Shown: in pieces, positions 26,380 through 38,525 of the stretch | Numbering within the stretch: position 1 is the first letter of the stretch | Layout: the number at the start of each line of letters is the position of its first letter | Made by a program: the position numbers and the translations under genes | The notes under the pieces: model-generated | What the model saw: only the letters and a program-made list of their open reading frames with translations | Told to the model about the DNA's origin: nothing | The model's database searches: none | Assembly (NCBI GenBank): GCA_035084275.1 | Contig: CM068748.1 | Coordinates: 7,130,001-7,194,000, forward strand | Length of the DNA stretch: 64,000 nucleotides | DNA from: Hydrolagus colliei | Lineage: Eukaryota | Direction: 5' to 3'

Positions 26380-27036
26380 CCAGATCATCCAAAATTCTGC
26401 AGCTTGTGTCCTAACCCGCACCAGGCTCCGTGACCCCACCTACTCCCCTGTAAAAAAGTACCATGGTAATAGTGGTAATACCATGGTAGTATCATGGTAC
26501 TACCACCATTACCATGGTACTTTTTTACAAGGGACCCCATCCTCACCCAGCTGTACTGGCTCCCCATCTCTCAGAGTATAGAATTCAAAATCATTGACCT
26601 CACTTTCAAGGCCTTCCACGGCCATGCCCCCTCCTACCTCTCTAACCTGCTGCCCCCCTATCAACCTGTCCGCTCCTTCTCTTCAACGGGCTTCGGCCTG
26701 CTCCATATCTTCTGCCCGACCCATCCTACAGTTGGCTGCTGGGCTTTCAGCCTCTTTGCTCCCACTTTATGTAAATCCATCCAACAATTTCTTTGCCTTG
26801 CTCCCTCCCTTGCGCCCTTCAATGCTCAACTCAAGACCCACCTTTTTTACCGTGCCTTCATCCTTTAATTTATCTTTAGTGGGTTAGTCCATAGATTTAA
26901 TAAATGGTTAAAATACCTCTCTGACCTTCCTCATCCCACCCCCCCACCACCCAACAATGCTTGGGTCCTGACCCCTGACTGTTCAGCACCCTGGGATGTC
27001 TTCCCAGCATGAAAGGCGCTCTACAAATGCAATTTG
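26380..27036 (+). mobile_element. L2 LINE 3' fragment carrying two nested insertions
   Basis: IQNSAA...PILTQLYWLPISQSIEFKI...GHAPSYLSNLL...FNAQLKTHLF; tail gaaaggcgctctacaaatgcaa. Confidence 0.9.
26444..26534. mobile_element. 91-bp near-perfect palindrome (mini MITE built of TACCATGGTA units)
   Basis: arms pair base by base around position 26489 with 4 non-Watson-Crick pairs out of 45; interrupts the L2 sequence. Confidence 0.85.
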
Positions 27037-30000
27037 TAAAATGTAGGAGGTTTGTTTGTTCTTGGGCTGCCTTGAGGTCAGACTAATTACTTTCAAGGGA
27101 GCAATTCGGAGTGGAGCTTTTTCGAAACACACCCAATGTGTTTATACTGCAGAACTATGCACCCAATGCTCTAAATCCACCTCCTTAAGGTTTCTCCGGA
27201 TGAAAAGATTCCAGCGTGATTCTTTGGATCAAGCTGGATCAAGTTTATGCTGCACGTTTTGCAACAAATCACTGGAAAAATCACAGCAATTTGCTGCAAA
27301 AATGTTTAGTATAAATGCAGCATAAATTACCCTGAAATATTTTAAACCAAAAATCTCAGTCACATGCCTATCAATTTATCAGTTCCAATATAAAACAATT
27401 TATCTTTAGTGGGTTAGTCCATATATTTCATAAAGGCCTAAACTAATATGTTTGTTTATGATTTATTCAGACTTTTAAGTAAATCCATATTCACTTTTTG
27501 GTACTAACAACCCAGACTTTCATTAACAGAGTGATCAAGATCTGAGAGTGAATGCTTTCCTTTTAGATGAATTTAGTCTTGTACTAAATCTTCAAGCATG
27601 AAAATAACATATGTAAGCAGTTTTCACTGAAACACTGTATGTTCTTAAGCCAAATAAATGACAAATGAGATAATAAATGAAGGGGAAAAGTCAGGTTCCT
27701 AACTGTCCTACATTCCTAGATTTTTACTAAAGTGCTTTGGCGAAGGCAATAGTATTTGATTTTCATGTGTTTCCTGTAGCTCCATATATCAATCATCGAT
27801 GTTGAAGATAACACACAATTGTTACTTTTGTGCACTTTTACTTGTAACCTTTACGTTCTTGCATAAGTTTGCAGCTGTTTCTTTCAAGTTTGCTATGTTT
27901 TGGGAGTATGGTTTCATCTTCTGCAATCCTTCAGTAAATTGTGTAAATGGTCTTTCTTGATCCCTACCTCTACTACCATCTGCACCACAGATGGCTACTA
28001 CTTTCTCCATGTTACCAAACATTGGTGAAGCTGATACAGTAAACCCCAGCTTACTGGACTCTGACTATCTGGAATGTTAACATAGTTTTGGACTGGGCCC
28101 AAAACCCAAAAATTAAAAAACATTTTAATGGACCCAAACTTTCCACAGGCCAATGTGTGTGAGTAGATGTCCGACTTCCTAGTGCACACCAACCTGCGCT
28201 GAGCGACCTCACTGTCCTTGTTAGCTTTTACAGTTGTCAGGCATATTGGCTTTGACTCGATTTTGATAGCTTATTCAATATCATCTGTTCGCAGGATCCA
28301 AGTACTGTAATTACACGGTCGGAACCACTTTGCAATCAGTCTGTCTAGTCGGGGACAGTACATTTTTTTATATCCATAACCCTTTGTAAAGAAATATTTT
28401 GTTTATTCACTTTTCTCTGGGCTACTTCTCATTTTAAGATGATGATTTCTGAGAATTTGGATAGAGAAATTACAGAGCTTGTCTGATCTCTGATTCTTAG
28501 AACTTCCCGCTTCCCCAACCTAGTTAGGAGATGGCTGCTACATCTAGTGAGCATTGTTTTAGGTTCCAATTCTTCTTACAATAAGCATGAGACATGGACC
28601 GTGTGTCATTCACAATGGACAAAATCAACAATAAAGTTATAGCACCAGCTTCACACAATTAAATATTGATAAGCACATGTTGTTTATCATAAATTGATCA
28701 CTCTAATTTTCCACATATTTCTAAAATAATTTATCACTATACATTTTATGTTGTGCAGCTCTCACCCTCCTTTAAGCCTGTGATTTGGTACCCATTCTCC
28801 CTGGCTGGAATTTCCTGCTGTGATTTTCTTTTATAACCATTTCTGACCGACTGCACTAGAGTGTGATGGTAATCCTTTAAAACAAAAACCTCTTAGATAA
28901 ATAACACTGCACAGTGACAGCGGTTGAAGAAAGTAATAACAAGCTTCAATTTAATTTCAGCGTCTTGCTCATTTCTTTAGGTTGATTTGAGAAGGCCTTT
29001 GGGACAAATCAATAAAAATATTAATGGAAAAAATCATCCATCAAATCACCACATTGGTTTGAGTTATTCCCTTTCGGGAAAAGTGGTGAGATATTCCTGG
29101 ATCTTAAAAGCTTAGATATTTTAGCAGTTACGATTCACATTTGCTACTAACCACATTTTCAGTCAATGTTCTTTTTTGTTTTATTGACACTTTTTTTATT
29201 GAACAAAAACAAGGATATGTAAAAGCACAGAAAATATGTTACTTCTGACTCAGATAGAGAACAACATAAGCCGAAGACCCATTGGCGTGTTAGAAATAAA
29301 ATTCAGAGATGGGTCCACGGAGATGAGAATGCCCTCAGGTAAATATCTGACTCATTGCTGAATGTATGAAATGATAGTAAGACAATTATGTATGTCAAGT
29401 AGAGATAACTAGGAGTATTAAGTTGATCATGTTGCACAGATCCCCTAAGCAGTTGTATGATTAGAATGGGGGTAAATCTGTTCTTGTTTGCTTGTTATCC
29501 CGAATTAGCTGATCAGAGTAATTCTGTTAGCCACAAAGGTCTCCAAAGTATAATTGTTCTTCCAGTGTGCATCAAGAAAACAGAATAGAACAAACAATCC
29601 AAATGATGATTTGACCTACTGTATAATGAACTGATCTTTTCTGGAGTGACAGATCAAAGTCAGGCATCTGCTCTTGAAATAACAAATCAGAGAAGTCCAA
29701 ATCCCAGTACGTTGAAACATATTTTACCCATGAATATATTTTTCATTCTCGTATCTTGTCTAGACCTACTGTGTGTGGTTTGTGACAATTTTGCAGAGGT
29801 CAGGTAAATAATAACCTTGTTCCAACAAATCATTTGGCAAATGATCATTTTGTAACTTGTGATGTCACCTCTCATGTACCCAGTATTGGGACAGGGATTG
29901 ACCAAACAAAAGTGTGACAATGACGGCGCTCGATTGCATTTAGATAAGACAGTACCCTAACTTAACTCCTGTTTAGGTTTGTATTTGAGTTGGAACCTAC

Positions 30001-31364
30001 GTATAAAGGATCCATGGCTGTAATCATGCAGACAAGGAGATTGGATTTCTCCGAGCCAATTTAAGGAATGCTAGGCTTGTTTGAATTCACGTAAAATGTT
30101 TCTCAAGGCTTGTGGTTGGAGGAGTCCTGGCTCAGCCTCAGCATCTCACGTGCAAATGATAGAAGGCTTTTAGATAGGGATCTAATAGAGTTACAATTGA
30201 GGGTAAATGTACTGTGTCAGATGTGTCAGACATCCCTGGTATGAGTTCCAATTGGAGATTCTGCCAACTTCAAATATAATAGGAGCCATGCAGTATGACT
30301 AATTTGTATTGCTCATGTCAAGTGGGAGAAGAAGCATTCTCCTTTCTGCTTCACTACAAATAAAAGACCGATTCAGGTCTTCGACAATTGAGAGATGTGA
30401 AGACGTTGGAAAAGGTACAAGAGGTGACAGGACATTTTGCGATAGAACTTTTAATTATTTTGCAGCATTTATATTTGTCTCACATCATCAAAGAAAAATG
30501 AAGTGAATGCACAGATGCCTGTCGTGATATTCATTAAGATCATTGGTTAATGTAAAACTTGCAGTTAATGATATTGTAGTAAACAAATTAAATAGCAAAA
30601 ACCTCATAATCCCTTTGTAAGTCACTGAAGCAAGTATTGTCCATGAGACTGTCTTTTTGTGTTGATAGCACTTCATTACAGAACCAAAATCTGTTTGTTT
30701 ATCGTATCTTGTGGTATTTATCTAATAAGAAATCTGAAAAGTAATTCAGAATGTGGGCGATGACAGCAAACAAATATTTAACTATGGTGTAAAGAATCCA
30801 CACATTTTACTGGAATTTCAAATTTGGGTTTATTATTCTAGTGAGTCATATAATACAGAGCAAGAGCTCTGTATTTGATTATCTTTCTTGCTGAAATGTC
30901 TATATATCAATCGTAAGTATTTTAAGATTAATGTTTTCTAAAACATTTCCTTAATATTTATGTTTCATTTCCTTGGCTTGTACCTGCTCCCCAAGGTAGC
31001 TTTCAATCATGTTTTCTAGTCCTGCTGGGATGTTGAGAGGTAGAATAGGTGGAGCTATGGATGTCTCTTTGTTTGCCAATAGCAAATACACTTTGCTTTC
31101 AACCAGTGCCAAAGTTTCTTGATGTTGAATAAATTAGGCAATGTGTGTGACGTTCATCCTCCGACTGTTCCTGTGAAGATACATCCTGCAATCAGTCCAA
31201 GAACATTGGCACTATAAAGAGAGTGCAAGTCATACACCTGATTGATTTTGTCTCTGTTAATAAAAATAATTGATTTGCTGTTAAGGAGCAAACAAATTAA
31301 AAAGTGATGAATGCAGCTCATACAAAAGTACTTGCAGTGAGAAAGTGGAAGTAAATTGGGTGAT

Positions 31365-31606
31365 AGGAACATAGGAACAGAAGTAGGCCATTCAGCCCTT
31401 CGAGCCTGTTCCGCCATTTAATTAGATCATGGCTGATCAGCACCTCCACTAATCTTTTCAATTCAAATTTTCCGCTTTCTCCACGTATTCCTTGATACCT
31501 TGATATATTGATCACTGACCAACCAAAAATGTATCAACCTCATGCTTAAAGGTGTGGTTTGGATCCAGCATCCACATCCTATTGGGGGAGATAATTCCAG
31601 ATTCCT
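31365..31606 (-). mobile_element. CR1 3' end, antisense
   Basis: aggaacataggaacagaagtaggccattcagcccttcgagcctgttccgccatt...agatcatggctgatc. Confidence 0.85.
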
Positions 31607-31790
31607 ACAACAACAAAATTACGTTTGTATAGTGCCTTTCACATCGTGAGGACATCCCAAGGCACTGGACAGTCAATGTTTTAGACCCAAGTTGGGGTCA
31701 GGGAGGGTGGAGGGAATGGAAGGGATCTGGGGCGACCAATGGGACTGTCGAAGAGTCCCATTGGCAGGACTTAAAGGAGGCTACATAGGG
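31607..31790 (-). mobile_element. L2 3' tail, antisense
   Basis: caacaacaaaattacgtttgtatagtgcctttcacatc...ggacatcccaaggcactg. Confidence 0.8.
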
Positions 31791-32509
31791 GGTGAGGCAA
31801 TATTGGTCAATTCAGTGTGGATTTGAAATAAGGTTATTTATCTTGACCTGGACATGAAACTTTATTTATTCAAGGAAACTATGTATTACCCAACACCTGA
31901 TTGCTAAGCTTTGGCTAATTTTCCTTTGTAAAGCATTTTTCAATTATGACCGATTCTCAACATTCCTAATTTAAATCTGTTATTTTTGATCACAGGCAGC
32001 AAAGTACACTGTTGTAGATCAAAAAGGTTTGATATTCACAGGAGATATGTGTTGACTAAAGTATAGTCACCGTTCACTCATACACTGACATAATTAACGT
32101 GTCCTTGGCTGTAAATTCTCAAACCATCCAAACTACAGTATTTATATAGGTTTCCATTTATAATGTATATTCACATAAGTGCATAAAATAATGGGAAAAT
32201 ACTAAATTTTGTTGGTATATTATACCATAGGCACTGGCCAGTCACCCCAAGTAATTTTTATGTGCAAACACAGATAGTAAAAATCAACCTATAAAATAAT
32301 ATGGGTAACATCAAGCCTAAGTCCCATCCTGTCTCATTAAAGTCCACGTATACATAGATTTTCCAGCAGGGTCACTGGATAGCTATAAGGAATGGCAAGC
32401 CCAACTCATTTATTTTGCAATGTATCAACCATGTGATAAGATGGTACAGTATATCAAAGCAATAAATTATTATCATTATATTATGAGGACTTCTCTGGTG
32501 ATCATTGAT

Positions 32510-32569
32510 TGTATCTCAATGCCTATCTCAATGCGTATCTCAATCTCAATGTATCTCAATGCCTACCTC
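32510..32569 (+). repeat. Short imperfect tandem repeat of TATCTCAATG units
   Basis: tgtatctcaatgcctatctcaatgcgtatctcaatctcaatgtatctcaatgcctacctc. Confidence 0.8.
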
Positions 32570-33734
32570 GAAGTTCTGCATCATCAGATGGACCGCCTTT
32601 CAGATGAGTTACAATACCACAATCATGTTGGCTTGTTCAGATGGATGTTTAAAAAGTCCTATGAAACTATTTTAAGGAGAAGGGAATTTCTCCCAGTATC
32701 CTGGCCAAGTTTAACTTATCCATCATGCCATGCATATTTGTGGAAATTTTACTGGTGTAAATAACTGCTGTGTTTTTTTTACCTAAACAGTCACTTTACC
32801 TGATAGCAATTGCCTGGAGAAGTATGTTGAATGGTTTTATGATGATAAGACAGATACATGAACCAATGTATTTTTTATGCAGAATTTGAATTCAGACCAA
32901 TAGTGCTAAGTGAAATTACCAAGAACACAGAATATCACGCCTGGGCATACCAAGGTCATTAATTCACATTTGATAAATTGTGCTCTATCATTTCAAAACA
33001 ACTTAATTCCAAGAAATTTGTTTTTTTTCTTATAAAATCCAGTCACCATTGATCTGCATTTGACTGTGTAATTATCTCCATTAGCTGCTTCTGTTTAGCT
33101 TTAGCAAAGCCTTTCTATCTGGTCCCGTGCTCCTGCCTGTGCTACGCTTTAGGCGTTTCAGTATTCATGCCACAGTGCTCCTCACACAATAGGTGACAGT
33201 TACATCAGCCTCTATGACAAAGTAGATCCACTGAGAGTAGTTACAAATACGCACTCTGCTATTGAATTGACCTTTCTGTTATTTGGTACGGATGACAGAC
33301 AGCCTGAGCCTGGAACTGCTGGCACAGTGTTAAACAGGAATTAGCAGTGCAGAGCGTTTGGAGAATGTGAAGGTTACCCTCTATGTTGGAGTTTTCACCC
33401 AGTGGTAAACTATTTCAGCATGTTACACACACTTCACCTTGATGAAAGGAAACTTCATCTTTTATTTATATACTGCAACAATTTCCAGACAATTGCCAAA
33501 TTGACAAAAACAAACAAAGTGAACAATGTTTGCTTCAGCTTGGGTTCACGCTAATATCCATGGATGTAAGAATTAAAATTTTGCGCTGAATTGAATACAT
33601 AAATTATTTGATTTGATTTTTCTGAGATTGAAAAAAATACTGGTGTTAACATTTGTGGCTGAAATACATGTGTTAGAATGGTGCAGATCTGGGCTAGGTA
33701 AGTAGTTCTGTTGATGTTAAGTAGTAATTTAACG

Positions 33735-33906
33735 ATAATAATCTTTGCATTTGATACAGCGTTTTTCACATCTTCTAGATGTAACAAACAACTTCACAGA
33801 ATATACTGTACTGTAAAGTGAATTGGCTCTATATTTGTGGGCAAAACGCGGCAGCCAATTGTGCACAGCAATGTCCCACAAACAGTCGTGGATTGAAATG
33901 ACCAAT
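33735..33906 (-). mobile_element. Deu-core SINE 3' half, antisense
   Basis: tail ttgcatttgatacagcgtttttcacatc plus core gcggcagccaattgtgcacagc. Confidence 0.85.
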
Positions 33907-34835
33907 CAAATAATGCAGATCCACGTTAGGTAGTTGAATAGGATGGATTCTGGTAGCTATTTGAATAGGGCAGATCATACTGTTGATTAGTATTGATTAT
34001 CCTAAGTAATTGAATGTATTGTACAGCATTGTGCTTTGCTTTAATTAGGAAAGTGATTGGTTTTGAACATTTTAACTGTACAATCTATCTGTATTCCAGT
34101 GTATTTTTCACAATACCCTTTTTCTTGCCAGTTTTGCTCCTTTCCTGAAAGCATTGTCTGTTTGTTGGTGTACGGATGCTGCTTGCACTCCTCCAACTCG
34201 ACCAAGCATGAGCATTAATACCCTGATCAAGTGTGAGCATTAATGCCATGGTTGAGAATAGCTGATTTGACACAGATTGGGATTTCAATCCTCAGCCCTT
34301 TTTTCTCTATGGCCTTTAACCACTATAACATTGGTGATAGAAACTATTTTGACAAATATATTCTTTAATTCTCTGTTCAGAAAGTATTTGCGTAGCACCA
34401 TGTTAATTTGTTTAATACTAGCAGTTAATTGAAGCAGAATTAAAGTTAAACAATACCTAATTAAACTGCTGCTTTTAAAAACTTGAATTGAAAGCTTTCC
34501 ATGGTGTGTCATTTCTTGGTGACTATTTACTAAACTCAGATGTTTCACTGGCTTTCAGTAATGAAGCTATAATGGGGATTAATCTATTTACTGGGAGTCA
34601 AACCACACAAACATTTTACACTAATGAAGCATCTTCTGAGAAACATGTCAGATCCAGCTAAATAAATTTTGAATATCTCAAATTAACTTGACATTTTGAT
34701 ATTTACACAACAATTGCAAACCTCATCAACACAGTCTGGTTTCCCAGAATAGGTGATTCATGTACATAAATTTGCAATAAACTGTAAATATAGATAGCTG
34801 CAACAGATTCCTTGATGGCCCAGTGAGTCAATCCA

Positions 34836-35956
34836 TTGCCTTCGATATCACGAACTACGCTTTCCTCCTCCACTGCCTCTCCTCCCTCCTCAACCTGCAA
34901 GGCTCTGTCCTCGAATGGTTCCGGTCCTATCTCTCCCACCGCCTTCATTTTGTCTCCTCCAATGGCTTCTCCTCCAGCCCCCGCACAGTCACATGTGGCG
35001 TTCCCCAGGGCTCTGTCCTTGGCCCACTGCTCTTCACCCTCTACACTCTCCCCCTGGGCGACATCATCTGCAGACATGGGGTAAATTTCCACATGTATGC
35101 GGATGAAACCCAACTCTACCTACACACGTCAACCCTCGATTCCAGGACCACTGACGTTCTGATTGCACGCCTGTCCGACATTGAGTGCTGGACGAGGGCA
35201 AATTTCCTACAACTCAACATCAACACAACAGCAGCCCTCCTGAATGGCTCATGTTAGCGCCTCCGCACCTCAGGCGCTGACAACATCAGCATTCATGGCT
35301 GCTCTCTCTATCTCTCAAAGCCAATCAGGAATCTGGGCATCTTGTTCAACCCCGAACTATCCTTCCTTCCCCACATCTGTTCCATGACCAGCACAGTCTT
35401 CTTCCATCACCTCTGTAATATTGCCAGAATCCGCCACTACCTCACTCCCCATGCCGCCGAAACTCTCATCCACGCCTTTATCACTTCCAGGCTCGACTAC
35501 GGGAACTCTCTCCCCGACAGCCGCCCCAGCTCCTCCCTTCACAGGCTGCAGATCATTCAGAATTCTGCAGCTCGTGTACTCTCCCGCACCAGGCTTGTAC
35601 TCTCCTGCACTACGCATTCCTACCCTCGCCTGTGTCCACTGGCTCCCCGTCATTCAGAGGATCGAATTCAAGATGCTTGTTCTTACTTTGTCCCTGCCTA
35701 TCTCTCTGACCTACTGTCTCCTTACCAGCCTGCCTGTCCCCTCCGTTCAGCAGACTCAGGCCTGCTCCGCATCCACCGCCCTAACTGCCCAACCATCGGC
35801 GGCCGGGCTTTCTGTCTCTCTGCTCCCACAGCCCCTCCACCTTGCTTCCTCCCTTTCCTCTTTCAAGGCCGGTCTCAAGACCTTCCTCTTCAACCATGCC
35901 TTTGGCTATCCTCCTAACTCTTCCCCCTCTCCCACTCTCCTTCCCCTTCCCCTTTG
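34836..35956 (+). mobile_element. L2-clade LINE ORF2 reverse-transcriptase remnant
   Basis: AFD...WFRSYLS...[16 protein letters not shown]...[10 protein letters not shown], then AETLIHAFITSRLDYGN; stops and frameshifts; YADD changed to YADE. Confidence 0.95.
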
Positions 35957-36312
35957 CTAAATATTAGCAAAGCTTTCTGCTCCAGGCCCCTACCAGAGCC
36001 CTGCTGTAAGGTATACATATGTGGATGAAGGATAGTGATGGGACTGTTCTTGACTTTGCTTCCATCATGAATGAATAGGCTGCCAATGCTCATTGTCAAG
36101 TGAATAATGACAATTAATGGCGACTTGGCTGAGGTAAAGGGTAAGTGAGTCAAAACACCTTAAGCATAGCATAGAAAAGGATGAATTTGTCAATGAAAAC
36201 AAAGACATTATCTCACAAACTTGTCCCTAGTGATTGCTGAGAGCACAGAAAGATTTCATTAAAACTAAACACATAAAATGCCCACAATTTTCCAGAGCTA
36301 TTGCTCAATGTC

Positions 36313-36449
36313 TGGGACATTGCCGTGCACAATTGGCTGCCGTGTTTTGACCACAAAATAGACATTTACTCCACTATACAATGTATTCTATGAAGCGCTT
36401 TGAGATGTTTCAATGATGTGATAAGGTACTTTATCAAATATATGGGATT
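36313..36449 (+). mobile_element. Deu-core SINE 3' half
   Basis: gtgcacaattggctgccgtgtttt plus tail gaagcgctttgagatg. Confidence 0.8.
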
Positions 36450-36710
36450 TTTAAAAAAAAACTTTGAATTCACCTGATTCTGCATACAGCATTAAGAGAA
36501 GACAACTTCATAAATATTGCTGTAAAGCTCTGTGTTTAAATTGTTTTAAAATATTCCCTGATTGTTTGATGTTGCTTTAACTCTGCTCAAACAATTTGAC
36601 ATTATTTTGAAATTGAGCTGGAACCTTATACAGTATTTCACATTCAAGTATCTGTTGTTCTCAACGTTATATGCGTGTAATTCACGGTAAAAAATGTTTT
36701 TATTTTCTAG

Positions 36711-37027
36711 AGCGTCAACTCTGCATGACCATGGCTGGCTCTAGCACGCTACCATCCGCCATATCTGGGATTAGTAAGGAGCTAGCTGACCTGCGACATC
36801 TAATTCAATTCCCTGAAGAGATTGCTAGCATATTGACTGAGCAAGAGCAGGAACTCTACCGTAAGGTCTTACCACTCGACTACCTCTGCTTTCTGACCAG
36901 GGACTTGGCTGGTTCAGGCTGCCATAGCAAGCCGTCACCCCTCAAGACTTCTACATCTGCCCCAGTTCTTGGCAGCAAGCACAGGGAGCACAATGCCGTT
37001 GAAGGTCTGGTGTCGAGATTCAACGAG
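36711..37027 (+). CDS. PLCE1: PLCE1 exon (~4), start of CDC25/RasGEF domain
   Basis: ttttctag|AG ... AACGAG|gtaaga, 317 nt, phase 1 to 0; [47 protein letters not shown]. Confidence 0.96.
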
Positions 37028-37279
37028 GTAAGATGTCACTTAGCTTCTGATCTTCCGCAATACTAGGTCTTCAGGGAGGGATAATTGGACAGTCGGCCAA
37101 CTTGAGCTACTCTTGTGCATCTCACACTTGCAAAAAACTTCCATCTTTTTCATGCAGCACAGAAGGTGTGTGGCATGGTCACTTTCAAGGGGGAAAATAG
37201 AGCAAATCTTGCAGACCATGTGTATAACATTTTAAAAGAAATTTATTTTAAAGTAAAACAACACAAGACAATAAAATAA

Positions 37280-37505
37280 GAGGATATGGGTTTAGAGCTG
37301 CTATAGATTAATTTCAGGACAGATACCAGAAGGTTTTTTTTTACCCAGAAAGTAATTAACACCAGAAACAAGGTGGTTGAGGCCAGGACACTGGACTCCT
37401 TTAAAAAACATCTTGATGCTGGATGAGGGGAACAGTTGGCTTGGTGTTCTGGAGTGATGTGATCAGATAAGGCCAAGAGCCTTCTTCATCCAAACTAATG
37501 TTATG
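37280..37505 (+). mobile_element. Decayed CR1 3' end
   Basis: ttttttacccagaaagt...gtggttgaggcc...tcctttaaaaaacatcttgatgc. Confidence 0.6.
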
Positions 37506-38282
37506 ATGTGAAATCGGATTTTATAAAGAGTAAATTTTGTTTGGAAGCACAATTAGTATTGTAACTTGTCAGACCAAATGTTTTTAAACTACTCCTACAT
37601 TATCTGCATGACATTTATGGGAACTTTAAACTCATTTATAACTCTACAAACAAACATCTGTTTTCTTTTTGCCAAGTCAGATGGTTAACAATGGTTTAGT
37701 TGCATTCTTGCTGAAAAAATCCACCATATTCTGTTACTTAGTAATCAATAAATGAAGTGTACATGCCAAAGAGATTTAGAGACTATAATGACAATGCTGT
37801 ATTATAGAAGTATGCACTTGGCATGTTTCAGTTATACATTGCTATGTGAAACATGGTGTACTTTCATACTTAATTTACTGCATTACTAAGCTAATTGTGG
37901 TAAAGGCTACAAAGCAAAATCGTCCTTTGTTGGTACAAACTGTACCAGTTATTCCCCAAACCAATGTTTTCCAAGCCAGGTTTTAAAATAAAGATAGTAA
38001 GAGATTTGTTTGATAAGTGGACCAATTTAGGAAAAAGAACACAAAGGAAGATGAATGAAATTGAATGAGAAGCATTTAGGGGGAACATAGAAAACAAACA
38101 AGAATACATAAGTGTACATAATTGTTTCAGTCTGAAGTTTTTCTATCCTATGTATTGTACTACTGTATATACGCTTCAAATGAAGATTGCATTGTGACAT
38201 AGAATGGACCAATCTTTGCTTCTCTGTTGAGAGACGCAGTGGGTGGGGTGATGGGTGGGTGTCGGGATGGGGGGTGGGCAGG

Positions 38283-38525
38283 GGAGTGATTGATCTCAGC
38301 CGGGTGGCTGTCTTGGCTGCTGTTAGCCTCAGAAAGCTGTTGTGTTAGGTTGAGGCTAAAACCAGCCAAATTCCTGATCTCTGTTCAGAGACCTTGCCCC
38401 TGACAGATGGACAGTGGGAGTGGGATCAGCCAGGGTTCTGGAACCTCAACTCAATACCTCAACGACCCAGCCCAAACCTAGTTAAATACTCCCTTCGAGA
38501 CTCACATGAGTGAGGTGTAGCAGAG
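38283..38525 (+). mobile_element. Old SINE-like repeat (family related to 1570-2190)
   Basis: tgatctcagccggg...gcctcag...aaccagcca...ttcctgatc...actcacatga. Confidence 0.45.

Noticed and set aside
28035-28309. Second Tigger-like MITE (tacagtaaacccc ... tactgta)
   Set aside because: Only ~7 terminal bases are complementary, which is not enough to support it.
34823-35960. Functional reverse transcriptase or domesticated gene
   Set aside because: 5'-truncated, with stops, frameshifts and YADD changed to YADE; a dead L2 copy.
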